32,000 nucleotides of DNA from Candidatus Saccharimonadota bacterium (GCA_963706795.1 OY970170.1:780001-812000), one strand, 5' to 3'. Positions 1-10,525 are shown, counted from the stretch's first letter. Notes: generated by a model from the sequence alone, not told the origin. Numbers and translations: made by a program.

Positions 1-3000
1 TCCGAAGACTTTATTTGAATGGTTCTCGAGTTACTCAAGACAGAGGATGTACAAAAAATAGCGCAAGCAAAGAGTCTATTTGAGGAGCAAAGGATTTTTA
101 GTCAGTATGTAAATCCGAATCTTGCTGCAGATATCGCACAGGCCTTTTTAAAGCTTGGATGGTTCAATAATGCTTTTGGTTTTTACCGAATGGCTCTCCG
201 CATCGATGCGGAGGAAGTGGCGGAACTTCTCGATACAATGATCGATACCTTCCTCGATATTAGTGAGTTTGATCTTACGCCAGATGAGCTTGCTCATAAA
301 CCTCGTTTTGCGCAAGCTCAGCAAGAAATCATCGAAAAAATTCTGGCGAGAGCCAACGGTAATCTATTGGAGACCTATGGTTCTCGGATTTTTGTGACGA
401 TTGGCCGCATATATGAGAATTTTCTTGATTCTCCACTTAAAGCACAAGAGTATTTTAAGCATGGTGTGGAGCTTGGCGAGTGATATGCATATTTTTTACT
501 CTGAATTTCCTATGGAAATCAGAAGAATTATGCTGAAGCGATCCGAATTCATGAGCTTGGATGGCAAAAACATCAAGATCAGAATTGCCTTACATTGCTG
601 GTACGTGAATATTTATTTAAGGGTGATAGAGTTCGCGCGATGCATGCGTATGAGCTTCTTGTTTCTGCTATGAGGATATCAGGGAGGAAACTTCGTAATG
701 TTTTTCCTCTGCTGACGAGTGAAAGACTGTATCTTGATTCTGACTACTTAGCGATTCAAAGACATGCATCTGAGTCAGGAGAAACCATCGGGGGTATACA
801 GCGGATGCAGGCGCTTGAGTCCATTAAAGAAATGACCGAGCCGTTTATCGATACCCTAGAAACCCATGAGTTCAAGCTCGCACTCCATCAAATGGGCGCG
901 ATTGAATTGAACGATGTAGACAATGCGAGAGAATATATTGAGATGATTGCACATATTTTAGAGCTCTGAGATGAGTGAAAAACATGGCTCTGCAATTACT
1001 TTGAAACCTATGCTTCGCCGCTCGCTCTTAGAGTGTATACTGCCAAGGAAGAGGAAGAAGACAAGCAAAAAAATGTACAGAAAAAGGACGAATCAACCGA
1101 TGTAAAACCTCCTCAGGGTATGGTGCGAGCTCGTCTTGTTGAGCGTGTGCCGCAGGTGCAGACACAGGTGAGTATGCTGACAGATCAAGTTATACAAACC
1201 CCAGAAGATACGACTGAGCGCTACTCATTGCAAGAATATCTCGCTATGCACCTGGGATACATACAAGATCTTTGCTGGTTTGATGAGGATCTCGACTTAC
1301 TTGAGGCAATGGAAGTAATCCACGATCAGTGCTTCCTGCGTGATCAGGATACATATGGAGAAAATTCTATTGATGCGATTTCGGCATTTCAGCAGCATGA
1401 ACGAATTGCATATGCGACTCAAAAATATGATACCTTCCCAGAAAATTTAAAAATAGCCTACCGAAAAGCTATCGAAGAAATCGATGAAAAATATGGTAAA
1501 TCTTTTAGACGTCTCCATGTAAAACAGATCATTACTGAGGGTGAGACATATCCACTAGAAGAAGAATTTTTTTATCTCTTCTTAGAATGTTCGTTGCTCT
1601 GAGTGAACGAGGGGATTGCAAAAAGTCTCTCTGACTTGCTTCTTACCTCTCATTTCTCACAGGTAAATCAAAAGGCACTTGCGCAGGCATTCCACGAGTT
1701 TCCTGATACCATAGAGGACGAGAGACTGATAGATCACTTCCTTGAGGTTGGACTTGATGATATTGATGCACTGAAGGCACTTGTGACGATTGCCTCGGAG
1801 GATGAAAGTGAAGAAACAATCGGTAAAAATGCAGAATACCTTCGAGCGTGTCTTGTAGAACTTGGTCATCTCAGGCCAAAATCTTCGAAAAATTGGCTCT
1901 CGAGTTTTATAAAGAAGCACACAAATTGACTTCGTGCTCTCCATCCTGAATACAGCAAAGAACTTGATCATGTCATGATCGAAGCTTACAAGCATGATGA
2001 ATTATTTGACGCTGCCAAATGCATCTGTCTTCTTACTTGTGAGCAAGATCCAGAAATGTTTCGACAACTTGGATTGCTCGATGAGCTGACGGGAGACAAT
2101 GAATCCGCACTTCAGTGCTTTGAAAAAGTCTGGCAAGAGCATCATCTTGAGTCTGTGATCCCTGATCTGATGTTTATCTCAGCTGAATTAGGACATTGGC
2201 AAGAGCTCATTCATTGGTATGCGATCTGAAAACATATCGAAGTTCCAAATATCGATGCAGAGTTTGCAAATACAGCAACCATCGCGATAGCATGGAACGT
2301 CCTTACTGAAGAAGATGAAACAAGCCATAAAGAAGAGCAAGTAGAGTGACTTCGTCCAATATCTGCGGATCAAGCAAAGGTCGTCCAACTGGGGTATGAA
2401 GTTCTAGGCAATATTCTCGATAGTCAGGCAGGACCAGATTATAGGATGGCATCCGGAGAGGAATTCGGAGCATATTTGAGCCTTTCGTGCTGGATTTCCG
2501 AAGGAAGAGATGCTTGAGAATTTAAAGTCACTGCTTCCGAAAAACTCAGACATCTGAGATTTTTCCTCATGGAAGATGATGAAGCTGTTCATAAAATGCC
2601 AGAGTATTGGGAATGACTCTATCAGTTGTTACAAAGTAATAATCTAGGCATTTGGAGGGAGGTTTTTGAGTACTATGATAAACTGTTTGAAAGAAATCTC
2701 GCTGATGTAGCGCAAAATGACACGCATGATGAAGTAAACAAGAGTTACATGTATGCTGCAGTGTGTGAAGATATAGCGGATTTCATTAAAGTGATCCGAT
2801 CCCCTGAGTCTAAATGTCACGAGCAGACAGCAATAAAAACATATGCAACGATCGGAAAGATCTGTTTTTATATATTTGGCGATGCAATCGAGGCTAAAAA
2901 ATACTATGAGCTTGCCTGAGATGCTCAAAAAATGATAACGATGGAGGAAGTGATTGCCCATGATAATGATCATTCACTTCCTGTTTCGCGATACCTCCAC

Positions 3001-3003
3001 TAA
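1..3003 (+). CDS. Very large TPR/Sel1-like helical-repeat protein, at least 1000 aa. The 5' end may lie upstream of the window; an in-window ATG exists at 19.
   Basis: Track ORFs 19-483, 595-969, 1033-1602, 1603-1929, 1975-2229 and 2626-2919 are all in frame 1. They are separated only by TGA codons. The first TAA in that frame is at 3001-3003. TPR-like strings are present, for example GE-G-YAYFLL-G-ISYGNQKNYAEAIRIHE, where TGA sits at the TPR consensus Gly. No signal peptide or TM segment was seen. Confidence 0.6.
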
Positions 3004-3012
3004 GATCCTCCT

Positions 3013-5307
3013 ATGCAACGCCAACCAGATCTAGATCGAGTCATTACACTCGACGAATTTAATTGAGAGTTCCAGTGAGTGCAGAGTCTCATAGCGAATC
3101 AGGCTGCTCAAATAAGCTCATTGATACAGGAGAGTGATGATCAAGAGCTCGAGCATCTTCTCCATGAAAATAGCTCTTTTGAGAGACTGCAGATTATTTT
3201 GCAACGAGAATACAAGCGGGGCAATATTGCGAGTATGCTCGAGAAATGGGAAAAAATTGTAGAGAGTCATCCACAAGTTCAGGTGCATGCGCATCTTGTT
3301 TGAGAATATACTCTCAAACTTGTACAGCAGGCTTCTGCAGAGTGAGAAGTGCACTATAGTTCTTCTGCGCGCGATCGATTACATACCTCGCTCGAGACAC
3401 TTTTTTGACGGGACGAGGCATGAGTCTACGCAGATGGCAAAATACATCTTGAAATTCTACAACTCAAGGCACTTGAGCTTGCTGATTTTGAGAGTGCTAA
3501 ACAGTATGTTGCCACCATCAAAAAGTATCTTGAAAACCAAGAGGGCGTGGAGTTGCTTCGTGAACACTTTAGAGTGTTTTCGTCGCAGCTCGCATTGTAT
3601 CTTACTCGTCCGGATGAGCCAGTGGATGATTTTACATTGGCCAGTGCGGATGTGGATGATTCTGAGGATTTTTGTATGCTGATTTTATCTCATATCTCTG
3701 CTACATCGGGCAGATTCTATGATCATACTGCGAGAGCCATCTACGCCGACCTTGTGGATATCGGAAACATATTCCAAAATGAACGCTTCATAACAGCAGC
3801 TCATCAAAAACTGCAGCTTAGTGCCGCTATTCAAGAAACGCTTGATCAAGGAGGTGAAGAATTCGCTCGGTTTTATGAGCATGTAAAGAATGTGGCTGGC
3901 ATTACAATGGATTCAGCTCAAAATAGGGATATTGTTTTTGCAGAAATCGTTGCCAAGCAAAGCATAGTAAAGAGCGAAAAATTCGGCTCTTCGATGAGAC
4001 TTTTTGTTATGATGAATGCTCTCCTCTGCGGCTGTCCCCCAGAAATCACCGAATGAGTTCTTGATATGTGCTCAGCACGAGACTACACCAAAGAAGAATG
4101 CAAATTTATCGGACTATTCCTGCTCTCGCAAAGCCGAGATGCGGATGCTCTATATTACCTCGGTCAAGCAAATCTCTCGGATATGGAGGTCTTTTCTGCG
4201 CTTATGGACATACTGCGCAATAATATGGGCTTAGTCGACGTGCTGATGCAAGAAATTCTCCCGACTCGCAATGAGGTTCAGCAGACTGGTAAGATACCAA
4301 ATCTCAGGACTATTGCTCGTAAGTTTGTACGAATAACTAAAGACGCTGAGCCATCGGTTCAGAGTGATGCTCTCGTGCTTCTCGGGCAGACATATTTTTT
4401 TACATGAGAGAATGCCAAGGCTGAGGCATACCTTACTGAGGCTGCAAATATGGGGAATGTCTTGGCTCAAGAATGGATGATCAGTAATCACTCACATGAA
4501 TTCTGATCTACTTCCATGGAATCTCGAGTGCAAAAACTCTACGATCAGACCAAAAACCCAAAATACCTCTTTGACCTTGCGTCTCACGAGCTTGCAGTCG
4601 GTAATAGAGATCGTGTCATGGGATATTTGGAGCATTTGGATCACCATCAAAATCTCGATTATTTACGGCTCTACGTAGAGTATTTTTCTACGGGTACATT
4701 TGCCGACAAAATGGCCCTCCTGGGCGATCTTCATAGGATGAAGCCCGAAACTCGAAAGAGTATGAATCCAGCTGTGCTCCAAACTTATCTGAACTTTACA
4801 ACCGAGCAGCTCTCTGAGTTTGATGCTCGATGAAAAATCTTGCCTAAAGAAGTGAGTGATTATCTCTGGCTTGCTACGGGTCAGGCTATTCTCTCGCCCA
4901 ATCCTGACAAAGCGGTAGAGTATTTTGAGCGAATAAGAGCTCTCTTACTCCGCGAAGATGAAGCGGTCTATCTTGCAATGCTCCAGACATTTATAGGTAT
5001 GCAGTCAGGTGATATGACGAATGAGGCATTTATTTTTCGAGATACAAAATATGCGATGCTTGCATATCTCACAGAAGCTATCACTACAGAAGCACGAGCA
5101 TATTTTGAATGCTTCAGTGAACATCCTGATCTCTATATGCTCACGAATGCTATTGCATGGACTTTTCGTGATGGATGCAAAGATATACCGTTGGCAGATG
5201 AGTGGTTTGTGGAGACGCGTGAAAACATGAAAAATTTTAGTCCTTCTGATCGCATAGAATACTACCTCGCCCTGCAAAATACAGGTATTCCTGGCAAGCT
5301 TCACTAA
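3013..5307 (+). CDS. Large TPR/Sel1-like helical-repeat protein, 764 aa
   Basis: The ATG at 3013 lies 9 nt after the upstream TAA. Frame-1 fragments 3079-3303, 3547-4056, 4066-4407, 4516-4833 and 4840-5307 join through TGA codons only. The gene ends at TAA 5305-5307. A Sel1-like string is present: LLGQTYFFT-G-ENAKAEAYLTEAANMGNVLAQEWM. Confidence 0.6.
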
Positions 5308-5370
5308 ACTTCCTATTTCTGTCCTTCTCGCTATAATGCGCGCGAACCTTTTCCTCAGTGCGCGTCGCTT

Positions 5371-5390
5371 CTCCAGAGAATGCTCTGGAG
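5371..5390 (+). promoter_or_regulatory. Perfect 8-bp hairpin in the pnp leader (CTCCAGAG-aatg-CTCTGGAG); its loop contains the upstream candidate ATG at 5380
   Basis: The inverted repeat was read directly. A TATAAT box lies at 5332-5337 upstream. E. coli pnp is autoregulated through an RNase III-cleaved leader hairpin, and rnc is present in this window. Confidence 0.4.
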
Positions 5391-5436
5391 AGACATCCGC
5401 GAAGCGGAGGAAAGGAATATTTTTTCATTTTCTCCT

Positions 5437-7602
5437 ATGATTCCTGGACTTTCGGATCAGAACGTGGTCGACAAACAACCCGTGATTAAGACATATACCA
5501 TTGCTGGTAAAGCTATTACTTTCCAATCTGGAAAGCTCGCTCATCTTGCTGACGGTTCTGCCGTTATTTTAGACGAAGTTGGCAACTATCTCCTCACGAC
5601 CGTTGGCATCAAACAAGAAGCAAATCTCAATGCTTCGTTTTTCCCACTCAGTGTCGAATTTCAAGAAAAATACTACGCCTCTGGAAAGATTGGCGGAAAC
5701 CGCTTTATGAAGCGAGAAGGTCGTCCATCTGAGACGGCGATTCTCAACTCGCGTCTCATCGACCGACCAATTCGGCCAATGTTCCCAAAGGGCGTGCTCA
5801 ACGAAGTACAGATTATCTCTACTATTCTCTCTTCATCCGGAGTTTCTGACTTTGGATTTTGGGGAATTACTGGGGCTTCTCTCTCACTTTTGCTCTCGGG
5901 ATGCGCTCAGTTTGAAGGTCCAGTAGCTGGAGTTCGCATTGCGCTCACTGCTGATGACCAATTTGTGTTCGATCCAACATTTGAGGTGCTCGCCACTGCA
6001 AAGCTCGATCTCACGGTTGCAGGTACCAAAGACGCCATGACCATGGTCGAATCTCAGGCCTACGAAATTGAGGACACTGTTATGCTTCGTGCTTTTGAAT
6101 TTGCACATGCTGCGATCAAAGAGCTCTGTAATGCTCAAGAAGATTTCGTACGCGTCTATCTCCAGACTCACGCCCTTCCAAGTATTGTGCTTACTTGTAA
6201 GCAAGACAACGAAGAACTCAAAAACCGCATTTTTGATATCGTTACAGATGAGGAAATCAAGCCACTTTTCGGTACAGGAAAGATGGAATTTCATCACCAA
6301 CTTCATCTCCTCGAGGAGCGTGTTCTGGGAGTTCTCGGATATGACGAGGCAGCAGAATCTAACGAAGTTTCGCCTTCTGAAGTTGCAGAATATGTCTATG
6401 GTGCAGTAAAACACCACATGCGCCGCAAGGTTCTTGTTGAAAAAATCCGTCTCGATGGTCGCAAACTCGACGAGGTTCGTCCAGTTCGGTCTGAGGCCGG
6501 ACTCCTTCCTCGAACACATGGCTCAGTTCTCTTTGAACGTGGAGTTACGCAAGCACTCTCGATCACAACTCTCGGAGGTCCTGGTGACATCCAGATCGTT
6601 GATGATATGTTCGAAGAAAACACTAAGCGCTACATCCATCACTACAATTTTCCTCCGTTTTCGGTGGGAGAAGTGAAGCCACTTCGTGGAGTGAGCAGAC
6701 GTGAAATCGGTCATGGACGACTCGCCGAAAAGGCTGTCGAGGTCGTGCTCCCATCACTTGCAGAATTCCCATATTTTATCCGCGTAGTTTCTGAAATTAC
6801 GACGTGTAACGGATCATCTTCGATGGCGTCGATCTGTGGATCAACGCTCTCACTCATGGACGCTGGAGTTCCGATTAAGGCTATGGTTGCTGGTGTCGCC
6901 ATGGGTATGATCTTCGACGAAGAAACACGACAATACGAAATCCTCTCAGATATCCAGGCACAAGAAGACTTCCTCGGAGATCTCGATTTTAAGGTTGCAG
7001 GAACAGATCGTGGACTCACAGCGCTTCAGATGGACTGTAAGATCGCAGGTCTTCCACTTGAGGTTATTGCACGAGTTTTTGCTCAAGCAAAGGGTGCGCT
7101 TGGATATATCTCTGGTGAAATGAAAAAAACCCTCGCTGTTCCAAGACCAAATCTCTCTCCTTACGCGCCATTTATACTCTCAGTATTCGTACCTGAGGCC
7201 AAGATGCGCGAAGTTATCGGAAAGGGTGGAGAGACGATCCAGGGAATCGAAAAGGATTTCGGTGTCCAGGTCAATCTCGAGGATGACGGGCAGTGTTCAA
7301 TCACAGCCAAAGATCAGGCCTCCGGTCAGGCAGCACTTGCCTTTATCAAGGGTATTCTCAAAGATGACGAAGTTGGAGATATGCTCCATGGAAAGATCGT
7401 CAAAATCCTCGATGGTGTCGGCGCAATCGTTGAATGGGCGAAGGGAAAATCAGGAATGATGCATATCTCAAAACTCGGAGTTACTGAGCGTGTTGAAGAC
7501 ATCAATAAATACGTCCAAGTTGGCCAAGAAGTCGATGTAAAAATCATCGCCGTCGACAAAGAAAAAGGACGCGTCGGACTCGAAAGAATCATCAGTAAAT
7601 AG
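5437..7602 (+). CDS. pnp: Polyribonucleotide nucleotidyltransferase (PNPase). An alternative start at 5380 would add 19 aa.
   Basis: Uninterrupted 740-aa ORF with two RNase PH-like domains and C-terminal KH (VIGKGGETIQGIE) and S1 (GKIVKILDGVGAIVEW) domains. TAG stop at 7600-7602. The 5380 ATG sits in a hairpin loop, so 5437 is preferred. Confidence 0.95.
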   Translation: MIPGLSDQNVVDKQPVIKTYTIAGKAITFQSGKLAHLADGSAVILDEVGNYLLTTVGIKQEANLNASFFPLSVEFQEKYYASGKIGGNRFMKREGRPSETAILNSRLIDRPIRPMFPKGVLNEVQIISTILSSSGVSDFGFWGITGASLSLLLSGCAQFEGPVAGVRIALTADDQFVFDPTFEVLATAKLDLTVAGTKDAMTMVESQAYEIEDTVMLRAFEFAHAAIKELCNAQEDFVRVYLQTHALPSIVLTCKQDNEELKNRIFDIVTDEEIKPLFGTGKMEFHHQLHLLEERVLGVLGYDEAAESNEVSPSEVAEYVYGAVKHHMRRKVLVEKIRLDGRKLDEVRPVRSEAGLLPRTHGSVLFERGVTQALSITTLGGPGDIQIVDDMFEENTKRYIHHYNFPPFSVGEVKPLRGVSRREIGHGRLAEKAVEVVLPSLAEFPYFIRVVSEITTCNGSSSMASICGSTLSLMDAGVPIKAMVAGVAMGMIFDEETRQYEILSDIQAQEDFLGDLDFKVAGTDRGLTALQMDCKIAGLPLEVIARVFAQAKGALGYISGEMKKTLAVPRPNLSPYAPFILSVFVPEAKMREVIGKGGETIQGIEKDFGVQVNLEDDGQCSITAKDQASGQAALAFIKGILKDDEVGDMLHGKIVKILDGVGAIVEWAKGKSGMMHISKLGVTERVEDINKYVQVGQEVDVKIIAVDKEKGRVGLERIISK

Positions 7603-7607
7603 CTTTT

Positions 7608-8171
7608 ATGCCAGCTGATATCATCCCACTCGGTGAACATCGCGATCTCAAGGCTGAAAAAAATCTCGAACAAAGGTTTCGTGATACAAACTTCCAGTAT
7701 CTTGCTGCAGTGGCTGAGATCATAAAAACTCGGGAAATTCTTATTCAGCGCGTGTATGATCTCCTCCCTGTAAAGCCCTCAGTAGTAGATGATTCAGCTC
7801 TTAAAGAAACTCCAAAAGGACTCGAAACAGCGCAGATATATTCACTCAATTCTCGAGTTACTCCGGTAAATCCGCTCACTCAGATACTTCGAATGATCAG
7901 CTTGTGGGACGAAAATATACATCAGTCCATGGATCCAAAACTCAGACTCCCATCCGAAGATCTGGGTCCCGATGAAAATCGCATGAAGCATCTGCTCGTA
8001 CTTGTCGATCAGTGTTCTGCATCGGAGATTGAGGAACTGGCAAAATACCTCAGCAGTGTAAATATTGCTCACGCCTCTCGCACAGTTATTGTGCAAAAAG
8101 CACATCTTCATATCTTGATATCTCAAAAAAGAGAACAATTCCAAAAACTCAATAATGACCAACAAAGATAA
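7608..8171 (+). CDS. Hypothetical protein, 187 aa
   Basis: Intact ORF that starts 6 nt after the pnp stop. It overlaps the next gene by 17 nt and ends in TAA. No recognisable motif. Confidence 0.55.
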   Translation: MPADIIPLGEHRDLKAEKNLEQRFRDTNFQYLAAVAEIIKTREILIQRVYDLLPVKPSVVDDSALKETPKGLETAQIYSLNSRVTPVNPLTQILRMISLWDENIHQSMDPKLRLPSEDLGPDENRMKHLLVLVDQCSASEIEELAKYLSSVNIAHASRTVIVQKAHLHILISQKREQFQKLNNDQQR

Positions 8172-9372
8172 TCTATCGTACTACGCATTTGAACTCGGAC
8201 GCGAGTGGAAGCTCTCACTCGCCGAACTCGAAGCACTTTTTGGAAAAGACGCGATAGAGAAGGTCTCTGAAAAACTCGTATTTTTGCGTACGGGCCGTGA
8301 TGTGCGAAATATGTTCTGGAATATGGGCGGAGTTATCCGCGCATTTCGGATTATTATGCCGCTTCGTGACCTAAAAATGTTCCCGCATCGAGTCACCGAA
8401 ATCCTCGAAAAAACTACAGACGAAGGGAAGATTTCATTTGCACTCGGAGCTATCGGACCAAAAATCCCAGTATTTTCGATGGGGCTTCGTATTAAGAAGG
8501 ATCTCAAGATAAAGGGGAAAAGCATCCGTTTTGCCAATAAAGACGATCGCAATCTCGTCTCTGCAGTCGTAAAAAAAGAGAGTCTCGCGTTCTATGAGCG
8601 AGAGTTTTTTATGCTCGAATGTGCAGGGGAGACGGTACTTGCTGCGACGACAGCAATTCAGGATATCGATGCCTATGCGGCGCGTGATCTCAAAAAAGAG
8701 CGCGATATGGAAGTCGGAATGCTTCCCCCAAAACTTGCTCAGACCATGGTCAATCTTGCACTCGGTCAGAGTGATGTGACGCCTAAAACCGGTCTCTATG
8801 ATCCGTTCTGTGGACTCGGAACTGTCCTTATCGAAGGTGCAAATATGGGTATTACGAAACTTCTTGCGTCAGATATCAGTGCTGAAATGGTGAGCGCTAC
8901 AAAGGTAGGAATCGAACGATTTGCAGAAGCACGAAAACTCCAAATCGATGCCTATGTCATGGGTCTCGATGCAAAAAATATCGCCAATTTCCCTCGACTC
9001 CGAGACGTTACCCACATCGTCAGTGAAGGATATCTTGGAAGCATCTTCTCTCAAGAAACCATCACCAAAGAAAAAGTCGCTGTCGAAAAACGCAATCTCG
9101 TCGTCATCTACGAAAGTATGTTCCGTGGCCTCTGGACTGCTAAATTTGATGGTACGATTGTCATGACGATCCCATGTTGGGGACTCAAAGGAGAATTTAT
9201 GTATTTCACCGAATTTTACGAACTCGTAAAAAAGATGGGATTCGAGATTGATCCGCTTCTCGGTAATTACAAAGAAATCCAACCCACAAAGTACGGAACC
9301 CTCCTCTACCGCCGTCCTGGTCAAACAGTCGGAAGAGAGGTGTGTAGAATTCGAAGGAAGAGCGTTCGATAA
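8155..9372 (+). CDS. Class I SAM-dependent RNA methyltransferase (UPF0020 / THUMP-associated family)
   Basis: 405-aa ORF. The motif LYDPFCGLGTVLIEGANMG matches the DPFCGSGT SAM-binding motif of UPF0020 putative RNA methylases. TAA stop. Confidence 0.75.
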   Translation: MTNKDNLSYYAFELGREWKLSLAELEALFGKDAIEKVSEKLVFLRTGRDVRNMFWNMGGVIRAFRIIMPLRDLKMFPHRVTEILEKTTDEGKISFALGAIGPKIPVFSMGLRIKKDLKIKGKSIRFANKDDRNLVSAVVKKESLAFYEREFFMLECAGETVLAATTAIQDIDAYAARDLKKERDMEVGMLPPKLAQTMVNLALGQSDVTPKTGLYDPFCGLGTVLIEGANMGITKLLASDISAEMVSATKVGIERFAEARKLQIDAYVMGLDAKNIANFPRLRDVTHIVSEGYLGSIFSQETITKEKVAVEKRNLVVIYESMFRGLWTAKFDGTIVMTIPCWGLKGEFMYFTEFYELVKKMGFEIDPLLGNYKEIQPTKYGTLLYRRPGQTVGREVCRIRRKSVR

Positions 9373-9525
9373 GAGGGAAAACAAATTCACAGAAATTTTT
9401 CTGCGAATTTTCTATTCTAGATATATCTTGGCGCAAGAAGCATGTTATTGCGATCAGAAAATTCCCTTCAAATTCCCTCAAACTTGCATTTTCCTGCCTT
9501 TTCATTACTCTCTGCGCGCAATCGC

Positions 9526-9612
9526 GCCCAGGTGGTGGAATTGGTAGACACGCAGGTTTCAGATACCTGTAGGAGCAATCCTATGTGGGTTCAAGTCCCA
9601 TCTTGGGCACCA
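9526..9612 (+). tRNA. tRNA-Leu (anticodon CAG), type II with long variable arm and encoded CCA
   Basis: Hand-folded. The acceptor stem GCCCAGG pairs with CTTGGGC. The D-arm is GTGG-AATTGGTAGA-CAC. The anticodon stem is CAGGT/ACCTG with loop TT-CAG-AT. The T-arm is GTGGG-TTCAAGT-CCCAT, followed by discriminator A and CCA. The architecture closely parallels E. coli tRNA-Leu(CAG). Confidence 0.9.
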
Positions 9613-9708
9613 TGCACAGAAATAACTGACGAACTTGAACGTGAGGCATCCCGCATCGCGGGATAGAAAGCCAACGATTTGGCTTTCGGCCGAGGGAGGC
9701 CCGAAGGG

Positions 9709-9729
9709 AAGTCCCATCTTGGGCACCAT
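9709..9729 (+). repeat. Exact 21-nt copy of the tRNA-Leu 3' end (AAGTCCCATCTTGGGCACCAT; first copy at 9593-9613)
   Basis: Direct comparison of the two stretches. The copy start positions are 116 nt apart. The 95 nt between them hold two perfect hairpins (ATCCCGC-atc-GCGGGAT and GAAAGCCAA-cgat-TTGGCTTTC). Confidence 0.85.
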
Positions 9730-9917
9730 TCTTCGCTTCTTCGAAGCTTCGAATGGCACGCCAGTACGATTGGGAAGAATGCTCTCCGTAGCTTTAGCGA
9801 AGGATGAGCAAAATGCCTAATCTCTCCTGAGATATACGAAAATAATAAGGGATTCTTTAGACTCGAACTCTTGGGAGTCTCATGTTATTTTCACTTTAAT
9901 ACTTTGACTTTTTGCCT

Positions 9918-10484
9918 ATGAAAACAGCTATGCAGTGCCGCGTAGGTACCGTTGTAAAAATTGGAAACGACCTTATGGTGGTTCTCCGATTCGAAATGCA
10001 CCGCGCAGGACGTGGAGCTACAAATATCAAGCTCCGTCTCAAGAACCTTCTCCAGAAGGGAATGCAGGATAAGATCTTCGATTCTGAAGAAAAGATGGAC
10101 GACGTAACACTCGCTCGTTCAAAATTCGAGTTCCTCTACGAATCAGCTGGAATGTACGCATTTATGGATCAGGAGAGTTTTGAACAGATCGAACTCAGCG
10201 AAGAAGATATCGGAGATGCGAAGTTCTATCTCACAGAAGGACTTATCGTTGATATCCAGAGCTTTGAAGGTCGTCTCGTTGGTGTTATGCTTCCACAAAA
10301 GGTAAAACTCAAAGTTACCGAAGCTGATCCTGCAGTCGCTGGTAACACAGCTGATGGAAAGGTCGACAAGCTCGTAAAGCTCGAAACTGGTCTTGAGCTC
10401 CGAGTTCCAGGATTTATCAATGCTGATGAATACATCATGGTTTCCCCAGAAACTGGAGAATACATGGAGCGCGCGAAGAACTAG
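9918..10484 (+). CDS. efp: Elongation factor P, Arg32 subtype
   Basis: 188 aa counted from ATG 9918; the track begins at a TTG two codons upstream. Collinear with EF-P over its length. The loop tip reads HRAG-R32-GAT instead of the Lys34 loop. TAG stop, followed by a terminator. Confidence 0.95.
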   Translation: MKTAMQCRVGTVVKIGNDLMVVLRFEMHRAGRGATNIKLRLKNLLQKGMQDKIFDSEEKMDDVTLARSKFEFLYESAGMYAFMDQESFEQIELSEEDIGDAKFYLTEGLIVDIQSFEGRLVGVMLPQKVKLKVTEADPAVAGNTADGKVDKLVKLETGLELRVPGFINADEYIMVSPETGEYMERAKN

Positions 10485-10494
10485 TTTCTTCTAT

Positions 10495-10525
10495 AAAAAA
10501 ACACCCGAGATTCGGGTGTTTTTTT
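10495..10525. terminator. Bidirectional rho-independent terminator between efp and the convergent ABC exporter
   Basis: AAAAAA-ACACCCGA-gat-TCGGGTGT-TTTTTT, with an A-run on one side and a T-run on the other. Confidence 0.8.

Noticed and set aside
3001-3003. The idea that the two giant TPR proteins are one polypeptide of about 1760 aa, with TAA readthrough.
   Set aside because: TAA is a genuine stop in code 25, and an ATG follows 9 nt later in the same frame. Two genes is the conservative reading, and nothing in the sequence supports readthrough.
5884-6519. 211-aa minus-strand ORF, plus several other antisense or out-of-frame ORFs (for example 6711-7019, 7326-7673, 8869-9390, 10693-11058, 15782-16324, 16122-16556, 17244-17627, 18681-19184, 28630-28962).
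   Set aside because: Each lies entirely inside a confidently identified gene on the other strand or frame. Their products are low-complexity (Ser/Arg/Cys-rich) with no motifs.
9526-9612. Possibility that this tRNA, whose anticodon loop contains ...TTCAGAT..., is the UGA-decoding tRNA with anticodon UCA.
   Set aside because: With U33 fixed, the anticodon is CAG. The long variable arm and the D-arm match tRNA-Leu. A tRNA-Gly(UCA) would be a short-arm type I tRNA.
9635-9820. 61-aa ORF in the structured spacer.
   Set aside because: It overlaps hairpins and palindromes, has no coding-like composition or start context, and spans the tRNA-derived repeat.
9613-9900. RNase P RNA or SRP RNA in the tRNA-efp spacer. 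GGGAAGUCCC resembles the RNase P CR-I motif GGAAAGUCC, and CCGAAGGGAAG vaguely resembles SRP helix 8.
   Set aside because: The GGGAAGUCCC string is simply part of the duplicated tRNA T-arm/acceptor segment. I could not assemble the other conserved regions, the order of the CR-V-like ACAGAA element is wrong, and the region is too short for RNase P RNA. It should still be scanned with covariance models.
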